A DNA stretch of 64,000 nucleotides from an uncultured virus (IMG/VR IMGVR_UViG_3300025804_000224) (IMGVR_UViG_3300025804_000224), one strand, 5' to 3'; positions 30,021-40,288 are shown, counted from the first letter of the stretch. Notes: generated by a model not told the origin, from the letters alone. Translations and numbers: made by a program.

Positions 30021-31970
30021 ATGGCTAGGGAAGCTTATGTACAACAGGTCACTAACCTTATTCCAGCTCAGACTATTAATACTACTCCAGTAGGTACTGT
30101 AGTAGCTGGAGTTATTAAGGCTAAGTATGGTGACTTTGAACCTCACTATTTCACAAGTAAGACTGACTTCCTTGCTAAATATACATGTGAGGGTAAATTA
30201 GATAGTGGACTCGATATCTCATTCATGAATGCATATGATATCTTAGGATATCGTAATATGGTTCTAGTGAGAGCTAGAGATGAGGATTATAGTCCATTGA
30301 AACTCAACATTAATGGACGTCCATTTACTGCTGAGTACACTAAGGAATTCGGAGGTAAGTCAGCTTGCTTTGATATTAAGTTCAGGGACTTCATGAAGGA
30401 TAAGAGGTATCAGGTCAAGTACTCACTTGATCGTTATGCTAAATATCCAGGTTCAGTTGAACTTAAGGTCATTTATGAGAAGTTATCTGAGTTCTATGAC
30501 TATGAGATTACTTCAATTGATAAGAGTGCAAGTAACCTCATTAAGAAGGATGCAGTGATAACTGGATATCACCATACAATAGGTGACATCATTGACCTCT
30601 ATGCAGTAGGAACTAATGAAGAAGGTAAGGAGTATGATAATACTGACTGCCATATCGTAGCTCAGGTGTATGACCTAGATGAGAATAATGAGTATAGTAA
30701 GATCAAGTTACTTACCTCTGTAGGTATAGCTGATACTACTAAGTTCAAGGATGCTGATGGTACTCTAATCCTTAATGTCAAGTCTACTAGACGTCCAAAT
30801 GACGTTATTAAGAGCTATGATATCATCTTTGCTCTAGGTAAGAATACTGTAGATAATGAAGGTAATTCACTCTATTATCGTAATATTTGGGATGATAACT
30901 GGCCATTTGAGGTATGTGATGTAGCTGATAATACTGCAGTTGAGAAGACTATACCTAATCCTTATAAAGCTAATGATCCGACTCAGCCAGATTTACTGAC
31001 TTATCTGGATTATGGTCCAGTTCAGTTGATTACCAATGATGTAGAGCATGGAGGTACAGGTCCACTCACCTCTACTATGGATGCAAGTGACGAAGTTGAT
31101 GATGTATTCGATAACGTCACTACAGATAGTAAGGCATGGGATGAACTTGAGCAGTACGACTCACGTCATATATCTCAGTATACTGACTTAGGTACACCTA
31201 ATATTGGTAGTAGACTTAAGGTATTAGCTGAGAAATATCATGCTCAGTACTGTCTATCCCTACCTAGATCAATGGAGTCAGTTAAGATGGCTAAGGTATG
31301 GGGTGACCTTGACTTAGGTAACTATCGTAGATGGGCAGGTACTCCATTTGCATTTACTGATAAGTACGGATTCAGGGTAGCTATAGCTCCATCTACTCAG
31401 TACATTGAGACAGTAGCTACTAATGCATCTAATGGACTAGAGTGGGAAGCTGCAGCTGGAACTGAGACTGGAGTTATTAACTATGGTGACTTCAGTAGAA
31501 CTTACCGTAAAGATGAACGTGAAGCTCTACTTGATCTTAAGATTAATACTCTTACGTTCAAGGAGACTGAGGTATCTAACTCTACAGTTAATGGAGGTGC
31601 TAATATCATCAATGATGACCTTACTGGACTTATTATCAATAATCCATATAAGGAGGAATGTAACTTCCGTATTGGTATAGCTATTAACAATCAGGTAGAC
31701 CTTATTGTAGAGAACTTTAAGTTCAAACGTAATACTGAGAAGTTCAGGAATAAACTTCAGGCAGCTATTAATAGCTACATCAAGGGAGCTAACTTTGTTA
31801 ACTACCTGGCTGACTGGCAGGTTATCTGTAATGACTCAAATAACCCGACTTCACTTCAGGTACAGAATAAAGTTGCAGTTAGGGTTGATGTACAGTATTA
31901 TGATACTGGTAAGTACTTTACCATAGTTAATAATGTATATCCTATCTCTGAATCATTTGCTGAGGAGTAA
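30021..31970 (+). CDS. Tail sheath protein
   Basis: 649 aa; AAGTETG, EREALLDLKINT and VICNDSNNP...VRVDV sheath C-terminal motifs. Confidence 0.9.
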   Translation: MAREAYVQQVTNLIPAQTINTTPVGTVVAGVIKAKYGDFEPHYFTSKTDFLAKYTCEGKLDSGLDISFMNAYDILGYRNMVLVRARDEDYSPLKLNINGRPFTAEYTKEFGGKSACFDIKFRDFMKDKRYQVKYSLDRYAKYPGSVELKVIYEKLSEFYDYEITSIDKSASNLIKKDAVITGYHHTIGDIIDLYAVGTNEEGKEYDNTDCHIVAQVYDLDENNEYSKIKLLTSVGIADTTKFKDADGTLILNVKSTRRPNDVIKSYDIIFALGKNTVDNEGNSLYYRNIWDDNWPFEVCDVADNTAVEKTIPNPYKANDPTQPDLLTYLDYGPVQLITNDVEHGGTGPLTSTMDASDEVDDVFDNVTTDSKAWDELEQYDSRHISQYTDLGTPNIGSRLKVLAEKYHAQYCLSLPRSMESVKMAKVWGDLDLGNYRRWAGTPFAFTDKYGFRVAIAPSTQYIETVATNASNGLEWEAAAGTETGVINYGDFSRTYRKDEREALLDLKINTLTFKETEVSNSTVNGGANIINDDLTGLIINNPYKEECNFRIGIAINNQVDLIVENFKFKRNTEKFRNKLQAAINSYIKGANFVNYLADWQVICNDSNNPTSLQVQNKVAVRVDVQYYDTGKYFTIVNNVYPISESFAEE

Positions 31971-32088
31971 TTCTATAATTTTGTTGTGTTAAATATTTAT
32001 GTTTGGTTAGTTAAAGTTTCATATAGTTTTGAAGTTTTTTTCATACAGATAGATTAAATTAAGCATTAATTTAATATCAGTGGATATT

Positions 32089-32128
32089 ACTTACCTAAAG
32101 TAGGCTGTGCAGTTTACTTTAGGTAAGT
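32089..32128 (+). terminator. Stem-loop between sheath and terminase genes
   Basis: 14-bp inverted repeat ACTTACCTAAAGTA/TACTTTAGGTAAGT. Confidence 0.55.
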
Positions 32129-32168
32129 TAAATTTATTCACCTAACATAATTTAAAGATATTAAGTAG

Positions 32169-33968
32169 ATGGAAGTAAAGGAATTAATGAAGTTAATAGA
32201 TGAAGGTAAGTTATCAGTTCAAGATAACTTATATATTACATCTAAACTCATTGGATACACTGCTATGCCACCTACTATTGAGGAATTTGTCAATGATGAC
32301 TATTATTTAGGTAAGGTATTTGGTAAGTTCCTATTTAAACATTGGAAGAATTTCCTAAAGAAGTTATTTCCTGACCCTATTCATCAACCTTATCCTTATG
32401 TATGCCTTACTGGAGCTCTAGGTGCAGGTAAGTCAACTATAGCTAAGGTAGCTGAGATGTATATAGACTGTAAGATGGACCATCTATATGATTTCTCATT
32501 TGCATCTCTAGCTGATACTAAACCTATTGTAGCTTCATTCTTTCATACGAATAGAGCTAAGGCTCAACAGGAATTTGTTGACTCCATAAAAGGAATGAGG
32601 CAGAGGTCTCCATACTTCACTATGGGTAAGCTAGGTGGAGTACAGGTAGGACTAGGAACTGATGGTCAGAGAGGTAACTCATCAATCGGTGAGGATGTAA
32701 TCTTCTATAATATGTCAGAGTTAAACTTCGTAAAGAGGTCAATAGCTCAGGCTAAGATTACTCAGGCTCACATGAGAAATAAATCTCGATATCAGAAGAT
32801 ATTAGGATACTTCCCAATGATTATTCTTGACTCATCAGCTGATGCAGATAACTCTGTAGTTGATGAATTCATTAATAATAATCCATTTGAAGGTGTAGCT
32901 GTAGATAGGTCAGCTATATGGGAAGCTAAGGAAGGATTAGGTATATACTTTAATAAAGGCTCATTTAAACTATATAAAGGTGACTCACAGAGTAGACCTC
33001 ATATAATTGAGGAAGGTGAGGATGAGTCTAAGCTTGATAAGGATAGAATAGTTATATGTCCTAAGGAAGTAGAGCCTGACTTTAGGTCTAACCTTATTCA
33101 GGCTATGAGAGATATTGGAGGTATGTCAGTAAGTGCCTCAGAAAACTTTATTGAGGATACCTCAGCTATTGATAGACAGTGCAGCTTACATGATTATATA
33201 CCTAATCCTATCTATGTAGAGTTCAGTGATCTTAAGGATGATATAATGTCTAAGGTAGACTATGCTATAGACTTACTACCTAAAGATAAGATTATCTTCA
33301 TTGGACTTGATGCAGGTATCACTAATGACCTTTACTCCATAGCTATGGGTTATGTGGATAGGATGTTTGAGGTACCAACTAAAGTTGAGGATAAATGGAA
33401 TAAGATTTACTATCCTGTAGTACAGATGCCAGTTGTATTTGGTATCTCAAGGTATGCTACTGAGTATACATCAATAACTCACATATATCAATTCATCTTA
33501 GCTGTTAGAGATAGAGGTTATGAAGTAGGAGCTGTAACCTGTGACCAATATCAATCAACTCAACTTATTCAAGATATTAATAGGTCAGGAATAAGATGTT
33601 ATAAGATCTCTACTGATAGGACTGATGTACCTTCAGGTAAGTTTAAGGATGCAATGTATAGGGGATTAATCTTTATGCCTGATTCACCTATACTTAAAGC
33701 TGAGTTGAAGAGACTTAAGAGAGTTGATGGAAAGATTGATGCATCAAGAGAGGAAGTTAATGGCATTACTACCCATAAAGATTTCTCCGATGCAGTAATT
33801 AGATGTTATAATTCTATCTTAGATAATGTAGACTTAGCCACTGAGGTACCATCTAATGCAGCTATGGATACTCAGATTGAGTCAACTAAGAAGTTACTTG
33901 ATAATAGTAATGCTAACTCAGCTCAGAAGACTATATCTAATATGTTAGAGTCAATATATCAATTCTAA
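32169..33968 (+). CDS. terL: Terminase large subunit
   Basis: PPTIEEF, Walker A GALGAGKST, IILDSS coupling motif, nuclease motifs IGLDAG, TCDQYQS and HKDFSDA. Confidence 0.92.
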   Translation: MEVKELMKLIDEGKLSVQDNLYITSKLIGYTAMPPTIEEFVNDDYYLGKVFGKFLFKHWKNFLKKLFPDPIHQPYPYVCLTGALGAGKSTIAKVAEMYIDCKMDHLYDFSFASLADTKPIVASFFHTNRAKAQQEFVDSIKGMRQRSPYFTMGKLGGVQVGLGTDGQRGNSSIGEDVIFYNMSELNFVKRSIAQAKITQAHMRNKSRYQKILGYFPMIILDSSADADNSVVDEFINNNPFEGVAVDRSAIWEAKEGLGIYFNKGSFKLYKGDSQSRPHIIEEGEDESKLDKDRIVICPKEVEPDFRSNLIQAMRDIGGMSVSASENFIEDTSAIDRQCSLHDYIPNPIYVEFSDLKDDIMSKVDYAIDLLPKDKIIFIGLDAGITNDLYSIAMGYVDRMFEVPTKVEDKWNKIYYPVVQMPVVFGISRYATEYTSITHIYQFILAVRDRGYEVGAVTCDQYQSTQLIQDINRSGIRCYKISTDRTDVPSGKFKDAMYRGLIFMPDSPILKAELKRLKRVDGKIDASREEVNGITTHKDFSDAVIRCYNSILDNVDLATEVPSNAAMDTQIESTKKLLDNSNANSAQKTISNMLESIYQF

Positions 33969-34402
33969 TGGATAATAAAGGATTTATACCTGACTTATAT
34001 AATAGTGCAGTACAATTTAACTCTATATCAATGGAGTTATTTGAGATGTACCGAGACCTCTTGGGTACTGAGGTTACTGTAACTAGAGTATTAGATACTG
34101 AGTCTCATAAGACAGTATTATCAGCTACTCTTACCTCTACATTTGAGGATAATGATAAGACTACTCACTTTAAGTGGAAGGTAGTTATTAATATGTCTCA
34201 GATGATGCAGGTATGGAGACGTAACGTTAATCAGTTAGATATATATGATCCTATTCCTAAGTTAAAGATTGGTGATTTACTTGAATTTGAATACCTAGGA
34301 GTTAGGTATAGATTTAAAGTAACTCAGGATCAAGCTTACGGTATAGGTCAAGATATAATGCATCAATATAGTATGATGCCTATTGTTGAACATAAAATAT
34401 AA
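33968..34402 (+). CDS. Hypothetical structural protein (possible head closure)
   Basis: 144 aa; beta-rich; LKIGDLLEF motif; positional inference. Confidence 0.45.
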   Translation: MDNKGFIPDLYNSAVQFNSISMELFEMYRDLLGTEVTVTRVLDTESHKTVLSATLTSTFEDNDKTTHFKWKVVINMSQMMQVWRRNVNQLDIYDPIPKLKIGDLLEFEYLGVRYRFKVTQDQAYGIGQDIMHQYSMMPIVEHKI

Positions 34403-34408
34403 TTAGAT

Positions 34409-34983
34409 ATGGATTTTAGTAAAGTCACTTCGATAAAAGTTGGGGGGTCAACATAACTAAGATTACTGATAAGTCAGGTAAGATATTGTGGGAGTGCATT
34501 CCTGATGGATGGAATGTTAAGATAACTAATATAGGAGTAACTAATCAGAAACATGAACTTAATTTAGGTTCAGACTCATATAACTTAGATGAAAATCAAG
34601 GTACAATTAGTAATGTAAAACAAGTATATAATACTAAAACTGGAGCATTAATAGGTAAAGTTACTAAGAAAGGTGATGGTTCATGGATAAAGGTACGTGG
34701 TAATATATCGTACTGGTATTTAAATTATGGAACAGTTGAGTCCCAGGATTTTATATTTTCAAGTACGTATCATCCACAATTTTATGGTCATTACGGTAAA
34801 GTGACGTCAGGTTACCTTAATGGGTCACCAATTAATATAAAAGTAGATCGTCATAAAGGTGACTTTGTTATGTATATAAGAACTCAATTTAGTAAAGCTG
34901 TTGAATATTACACTACTGATAAAGGATCTAAACTAGAATTTACTATAGATTGGAGTCACTATCCTAATTATGAGGATGAATAA
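34409..34983 (+). CDS. Putative receptor-binding/fibre-tip paralog A; G6 tract, out of frame
   Basis: MDFSKVTSIKVGG, then stop at 34454-56. One extra G at 34442-47 gives a 191-aa protein continuing VNITKITDKSGKILW. Confidence 0.8.
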
Positions 34984-34999
34984 ATAATTTAAACACACT

Positions 35000-35059
35000 A
35001 TGTCAAATTTAGATTTCAATAAGATCACTAATATCTCAATTGGAAATTACCAAGAATAA
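35000..35059 (+). pseudogene. Truncated remnant of the same paralog family
   Basis: MSNLDFNKITNISIGNYQE* resembles DFSKVTSIKVG. Confidence 0.5.
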
Positions 35060-35088
35060 TATTTTAATTAAATAATATAGGTGAATGA

Positions 35089-35247
35089 ATGGGCTACAAA
35101 TATTGTATAATACGTTATCCTAAATTCTATGGGATATCACGAACTGAGTCAACTCCAATTAATATTAAGGTAGTTAAATATGGAGATGACCCTAAGGAGT
35201 TACTTAGGATATGTGATGAATTAAATAAATCAACTAACTTAAAATAA
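35089..35247 (+). CDS. Small hypothetical protein (52 aa, below track cutoff)
   Basis: ATG...TAA frame MGYKYCIIRYPKF... with typical codons. Confidence 0.35.
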   Translation: MGYKYCIIRYPKFYGISRTESTPINIKVVKYGDDPKELLRICDELNKSTNLK

Positions 35248-35261
35248 TTAATATAAATGAT

Positions 35262-35737
35262 ATGGCAGTAGATTTCTCAAAGGTCACTTCGATAAAAGTT
35301 GGGGGGTCAACGTAACTAAGATTACTGATAAGTCAGGTAAGGTATTGTGGACTCAGCATATATCAGTAGTTATTAACTTTACTACACCTAATATATATTA
35401 TTCAAAATTTGGATATTTTCATGATGGATATCTAGTATATGTTGACTTTAATACAAAAGGAAGTGACATAACTATATCTAATATATATCATTGTATTTAC
35501 TATAATGGAGTTACATTTAAATCGACTGTAGTTAAGACAGGTCCAATGCAACTTACATTCCAATTGATACCTAGAGAAGTTTATATTAATGGAAGAGGAG
35601 GTCAGGTAAATCTGTCTTACAGTGCATATGACTCTGAAGGTGAACTGTTTGGTATGAACTTTAGTCCAAATTCAATTGATGTTATTAAATCTACTTATAC
35701 ATATATTGAAGTTACAGAGGTAGGCATAAAGAGTTAA
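35262..35737 (+). CDS. Putative receptor-binding paralog B; G6 tract, out of frame
   Basis: MAVDFSKVTSIKVGG, stop at 35313-15. One extra G at 35301-06 gives 158 aa (VNVTKITDKSGKVLW...). Confidence 0.8.
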
Positions 35738-35754
35738 AATTAATAAATTTATTT

Positions 35755-37176
35755 ATGAGTAAATTAGGTCAACTGGCTAAAGGTGTATCCTATGCAGGAG
35801 TAAAAGTCGGAGCCTCATTAGGAGCTAATGCAGCTAAGAAATTTGCTAACAGAACTATAGATAAGGTATCTGGCAAGTTACTCGGATATCAGAATAATCC
35901 TGAGGATGCATTTAGTCATGATGACGGTAGGAAGTCTAGACCTGAATATAGGCTACCTAAGGATTACTCTAAATATGGTAAAACCTATGATGATATACTA
36001 CGTCAGCTACCTCCCTCGATGAGACTTGAGTTCAAACGTGAGAGGGATATGGAGCTGAGAGGAGCTAATCAGATATTAGGATTAGGAGTAAAGTATCTCA
36101 GGTACCTAGTAGGTGTAGCTAAAGATTATGCATTAGGATTCGTAAATAAACAGGTAGATAAGATATTTGGAGTTAGTAATGATGATAATCCAGCTAAGGG
36201 ACTTTCATCTATAGTAGAACCTCTAACTTACTATGGTAATCCAACTACCAATCAGCAAGCTAAAGATATAGCTAAATTTAAGAAGCATATTAATAATGTC
36301 AGAGGAACTCACCTAGAATGGACTAAGGATACTAGATATGAGGAGTCAGTATCAGGTATTTCAGGGTATAAAGTAGTTATGAAACCTGGATGTACTTATC
36401 CTGACATAGTAGATCCAAATCCATATTCACTTAGAAATGACCCTACCTCTGATTCACCATCACAGAGGGATCAACTTATGTCTAGGTATTTCAGACCTAG
36501 AGAGGATACTATGTGGTATATCATCATAGGTAAGTATACTCAGGCTGATGGAGCTCACTATGACTCAGCTTTACCTGACTTACCTACATTTGTAACTGAC
36601 TACAGTGATGATAGTAACTCAACTATAAACTATAATAAATGGATACCAGCTACTTCATATAATTATGCTAGACGTCAGGTAAGATTAGGTAGTGTAAATT
36701 ATGGATGGAGTGGGTCGATGGATGTAGTCACCTCAATAACTAGAGGTAATGAATTCACTATAACTCTATTAGATGACCGTGATCATAACTTTAGTAAATA
36801 TGCTAAAGAAGTTATGAATAGGTCAGCTAATTATGAGAGAGCCTCAATAACTTATTGGGAATGCCTAATCCATAAGATAACCTTATTCATCTTTAATCGT
36901 CAATGGGAGGTAATTGAGAAATTCACTCTATTAGGTATACTTAACTCTGATGGAGCTAATAGCTATAGTCCAGATATTACAGGTAGCTTAACCTGGAAAT
37001 TTAGTATAGTCGGTGAGATAGATACTCCAGGTAAACGTAAGCTAGAAGAATTAGAGTATTATAATAGAAACTCACCAAATAAAACTAATACTACTAATAA
37101 GAGTAAGTCAAGTAAGAAGTCTAAGATATCTAATAAGATTAGTAAGAGGAAGAGAAAATCTAAGTCTAAGAAATAA
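35755..37176 (+). CDS. Putative baseplate tube-initiator/tube-like protein
   Basis: 473 aa; EFTITLLDD C-terminal domain resembles the tube's SFTLNLTDK; basic tail. Confidence 0.4.
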   Translation: MSKLGQLAKGVSYAGVKVGASLGANAAKKFANRTIDKVSGKLLGYQNNPEDAFSHDDGRKSRPEYRLPKDYSKYGKTYDDILRQLPPSMRLEFKRERDMELRGANQILGLGVKYLRYLVGVAKDYALGFVNKQVDKIFGVSNDDNPAKGLSSIVEPLTYYGNPTTNQQAKDIAKFKKHINNVRGTHLEWTKDTRYEESVSGISGYKVVMKPGCTYPDIVDPNPYSLRNDPTSDSPSQRDQLMSRYFRPREDTMWYIIIGKYTQADGAHYDSALPDLPTFVTDYSDDSNSTINYNKWIPATSYNYARRQVRLGSVNYGWSGSMDVVTSITRGNEFTITLLDDRDHNFSKYAKEVMNRSANYERASITYWECLIHKITLFIFNRQWEVIEKFTLLGILNSDGANSYSPDITGSLTWKFSIVGEIDTPGKRKLEELEYYNRNSPNKTNTTNKSKSSKKSKISNKISKRKRKSKSKK

Positions 37177-38942
37177 TGGAAGTAGAGCTCAATAATATAA
37201 CTGTATCAAGAGATAGATCATATCCATATGATTTCATAATCTTGAGTCCAGTAGTTAAACTAGATCTAGCTTATATAGATAAGGCTATCTTAATAAGGGA
37301 TAGACTTACTCTAGTTAACTACATGGATCCTGATTCATATGAGTATGCTGAATTATCTCAGATATTAAATCAAGGTTATACTTTATTAGTTCACCCTAGA
37401 TTCAAAGATGAGGATAGTATAAGAAGGTCATACTTAACTCCAGTAGGGATGAATCAAGTAATTCCTACTAAAGTTAGAAATAGTTATAAAGGACTTACTA
37501 AGTTAGTAGATCCACGTAATCTTACTAGAGAAACTTATGTAGTCAATTATAGGTATGATCCTAACTATATAATATCTAAGACTGATGTAAGTAAGAGTTT
37601 CTATATAAATATTCCAGCTAGTTATATATCTAAGGCTGAGGCTAAGAAACTAGACTCTGAATTTACTATATTAGTAGGTATAAGAACTGAAGATACACCT
37701 TATGCAGATACTCTAAATGACGTATTGGACCTTATCATAGAAATGGATAGGGATACAATGACATTAGAGGAGATATTTGATAAGGTAGAAGAATTACTTG
37801 AGAATTGGGTATCTAGATATAGAGATTATGAGTCTGAAAATATTCTAAATCACTTCATAGGTAGCTATAATGACAAAGTCACCCACACCTTTTCGGTGTA
37901 CTATACTGAACCAGTAAGATATTTACCTAAAACTATACATCCAGTAGGTGCAATACAGGTCAGTTATGGACTTAATGATAATATAGACTTCCTTCAAGAT
38001 TATTTACCGATAGATACAGTAACCTTTAAGTCAAAGTTAGTCGGTAAGTGTAGTAACTTAAAGTTATCATATGAAGATGGAGTCCTTACTACTCAATTAG
38101 GTGGAGATATCGAGGAATTTGATGTATCACTAGATGAGACTAGTAGTGACTTCATAGGTAATATACACTCTAAGTACATTGAGATAAAAGTCAACTCCAG
38201 GCATGCTAAGTTATATGAATTCAGTACCCAGTTTACTGATGTAGACTTACCTGAATTAGATGTAGATAGTACTATTAAAGATTACATAGATAGTGAGTTT
38301 GAGATAAATGCTATAATACTGAGTGATACTCTATATAAGGTACCTCCAATAGATGAGATAGCTAAGACTATAGATGGAGTAACTAATACTTTAATATTTG
38401 AGTCACTTCAGTCAGGATTTGATAACTTTAAGCCTTATGTAAATAATGTTATAAAGTTTAGTGGAAGGTCAGGTAAGTATCCAATCTATATAAATGTATT
38501 GGACTCAATAATTAACTTTAAGTATAGTGATAAGTTAGATGAGATGCCTACTTGGGATGACTCATTCCCATTTACTGACTTTAGAGTAATAAGTCCAGAT
38601 ATACAGGAATATAATAACTTCCTATATTATCCTGACCTTAATCCAGTAAACTATGACTTTAATTTAGATTTAAGTCACATAACTATATTCCATTTATTTT
38701 ATGCATTTGCTATAGAGAAATTTATAGCTAGGTATAAGTATATGTTTCAGTTTAAGAGATCTCCATTAGGATCTATTTCTGACATAATTAGCTTACTAAG
38801 GAGTCAGTTCAAAATAATAGAGAATATAGAAATTATTTCATTTGAACAATATGGAAATGATTGTTATGTTACTTTAAATACTAAATTTACTAAGATTCTT
38901 AAGTATCCTATAATTGAGATAAATATAAATATACAGGTATAA
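37176..38942 (+). CDS. Hypothetical structural protein, possibly divergent sheath-like
   Basis: 588 aa upstream of the tube; IEEFDVSLDETSSDFI resembles sheath domain motifs. Confidence 0.4.
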   Translation: MEVELNNITVSRDRSYPYDFIILSPVVKLDLAYIDKAILIRDRLTLVNYMDPDSYEYAELSQILNQGYTLLVHPRFKDEDSIRRSYLTPVGMNQVIPTKVRNSYKGLTKLVDPRNLTRETYVVNYRYDPNYIISKTDVSKSFYINIPASYISKAEAKKLDSEFTILVGIRTEDTPYADTLNDVLDLIIEMDRDTMTLEEIFDKVEELLENWVSRYRDYESENILNHFIGSYNDKVTHTFSVYYTEPVRYLPKTIHPVGAIQVSYGLNDNIDFLQDYLPIDTVTFKSKLVGKCSNLKLSYEDGVLTTQLGGDIEEFDVSLDETSSDFIGNIHSKYIEIKVNSRHAKLYEFSTQFTDVDLPELDVDSTIKDYIDSEFEINAIILSDTLYKVPPIDEIAKTIDGVTNTLIFESLQSGFDNFKPYVNNVIKFSGRSGKYPIYINVLDSIINFKYSDKLDEMPTWDDSFPFTDFRVISPDIQEYNNFLYYPDLNPVNYDFNLDLSHITIFHLFYAFAIEKFIARYKYMFQFKRSPLGSISDIISLLRSQFKIIENIEIISFEQYGNDCYVTLNTKFTKILKYPIIEININIQV

Positions 38943-38961
38943 ATTTAATAAAATAAATACT

Positions 38962-39579
38962 ATGGATTTAAATCAGGTACAACAGTTAGCTCAGCAAGCC
39001 CTCACTGGAGGTAATGACTTTGCTGACATGAGATGGGATAAGTATCGTGATAATAATAAGGAGGGTAAGAGACCTGACTTATGGACCTTTACTATGATTG
39101 AACCAGCTAAGGCTATATATTATCCAGGTGATGAAATTCTTAATGCTAGACTTGATACTGTATCAGTACAGCGTAACTCATGGCAGTTACATACAGGTGA
39201 TTCAGCTACAGTAAGAGGTTATCATCCCTTAGGTGGTCAGCCTAATGGATTCGTAGATATGTCAGGTTCATTTACTCTTAACTTGACTGATAAGCAAGAC
39301 TATGCTATTGAGCTCTGGATTAAGAATACTCGTGACCTTATCTCTAATCCTGAGACTAGGTTCAGTTATCCAGTAGAGTTACTTATGTGTCAGGCTGAGG
39401 TAGCATTCCACAATACAGTACAGCAAAGAGTGAAGGTATGGAACTTCCTTAATGCAGTTCCACGTCAGGCAGCTGTAGGTCAGGATGCACCTCAGAATGG
39501 TGATGTATCATGGGGAGCTGATAATAACCTTACTTGGAACTTCCCATGGCATACAGAGAATTATGTAAATATCTATTAA
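38962..39579 (+). CDS. Tail tube protein (T4 gp19-like)
   Basis: 205 aa; RPDLW, FTLNLTD, WNFLNAVP and LTWNF pattern. Confidence 0.7.
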   Translation: MDLNQVQQLAQQALTGGNDFADMRWDKYRDNNKEGKRPDLWTFTMIEPAKAIYYPGDEILNARLDTVSVQRNSWQLHTGDSATVRGYHPLGGQPNGFVDMSGSFTLNLTDKQDYAIELWIKNTRDLISNPETRFSYPVELLMCQAEVAFHNTVQQRVKVWNFLNAVPRQAAVGQDAPQNGDVSWGADNNLTWNFPWHTENYVNIY

Positions 39580-39645
39580 TTCTTACAACACTTATCTGGA
39601 TCCAGATTAGCTCTGCCATTAATGAGACTTTAATAGGTGAGTTCC

Positions 39646-39961
39646 TTTACAACACTTACAATATGTTTGTCTATTACTTTAGACGCGTATTAACAGTGTT
39701 GTAAAGGTTTACTATTACGTAAGTTATAGATTTCTTTACAACACCTCAGATACGCGTCTAAGAGTTAAGGAGCGTAGCTCTTAAGTGTTGTAAAGACGTA
39801 AGTCTTAATCTTCTTTAGAACACTTATCAATACGTTTGTTATAACCTTAGGAGCGTATTAACAGTGTTGTAAACCTTTCACTAACGTGAGTTATGAATAT
39901 CTTTACAACACCTCAAATACGCTCCTAAGAATAAGTAAGCGTAGCTCTTAAGTGTTCTAAA
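39646..39961. repeat. Non-coding element copy 2: two ~148-nt nested-palindrome units
   Basis: Units 39646-39794 and 39814-39961, each with outer, middle and inner inverted repeats. Confidence 0.9.
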
Positions 39962-40000
39962 CGTTAGTTTAGATATAGGTAAGAATATTATAGTATAATC

Positions 40001-40288
40001 TAAAATTAAAGTTAAACTTTAAATTAAAGATAAGATATTATATTCTAATCTTAAATAAAATTAAAGTTAAACTTTAAATTAAAGATAAGATATTATATTT
40101 TAATCTAAAATTAAAGTTAAACTTTAAATTAAAGATAAGATATTATATTTTAATCTAAAATTAAAGTTAAACTTTAAATTAAAGATAAGATATTATATTT
40201 TAATCTAAAATTAAAGTTAAACTTTAATAAACTGACCTATTATAAGACCTTAATATTGGCATAGCTAACTTAGAACTATGTAAGTGTC
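40001..40288. repeat. AT-rich 50-bp tandem repeat (~4.4 copies) plus tail conserved with copy 1
   Basis: Unit TAAAATTAAAGTTAAACTTTAAATTAAAGATAAGATATTATATTTTAATC; tail ACTGACCTATTATAAGA...TAGCTAACTTAGAACTA. Confidence 0.9.

Noticed and set aside
34430..34456. Canonical -1 ribosomal frameshift heptamer at the G tracts
   Set aside because: The in-frame context GTT GGG GGG TC is not an X XXY YYZ site, and one paralog is genomically G7. DNA-level slippage or error is favoured, though recoding is not fully excluded.
39646..40230. CRISPR array (cores start GTTGT and end ACAAC, like some Bacteroidetes repeats)
   Set aside because: The intervening sequences are themselves repeated and palindromic, so there are no unique spacers. 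The cores diverge and no cas genes are present. A repeat-mimic role is not supported by sequence alone.
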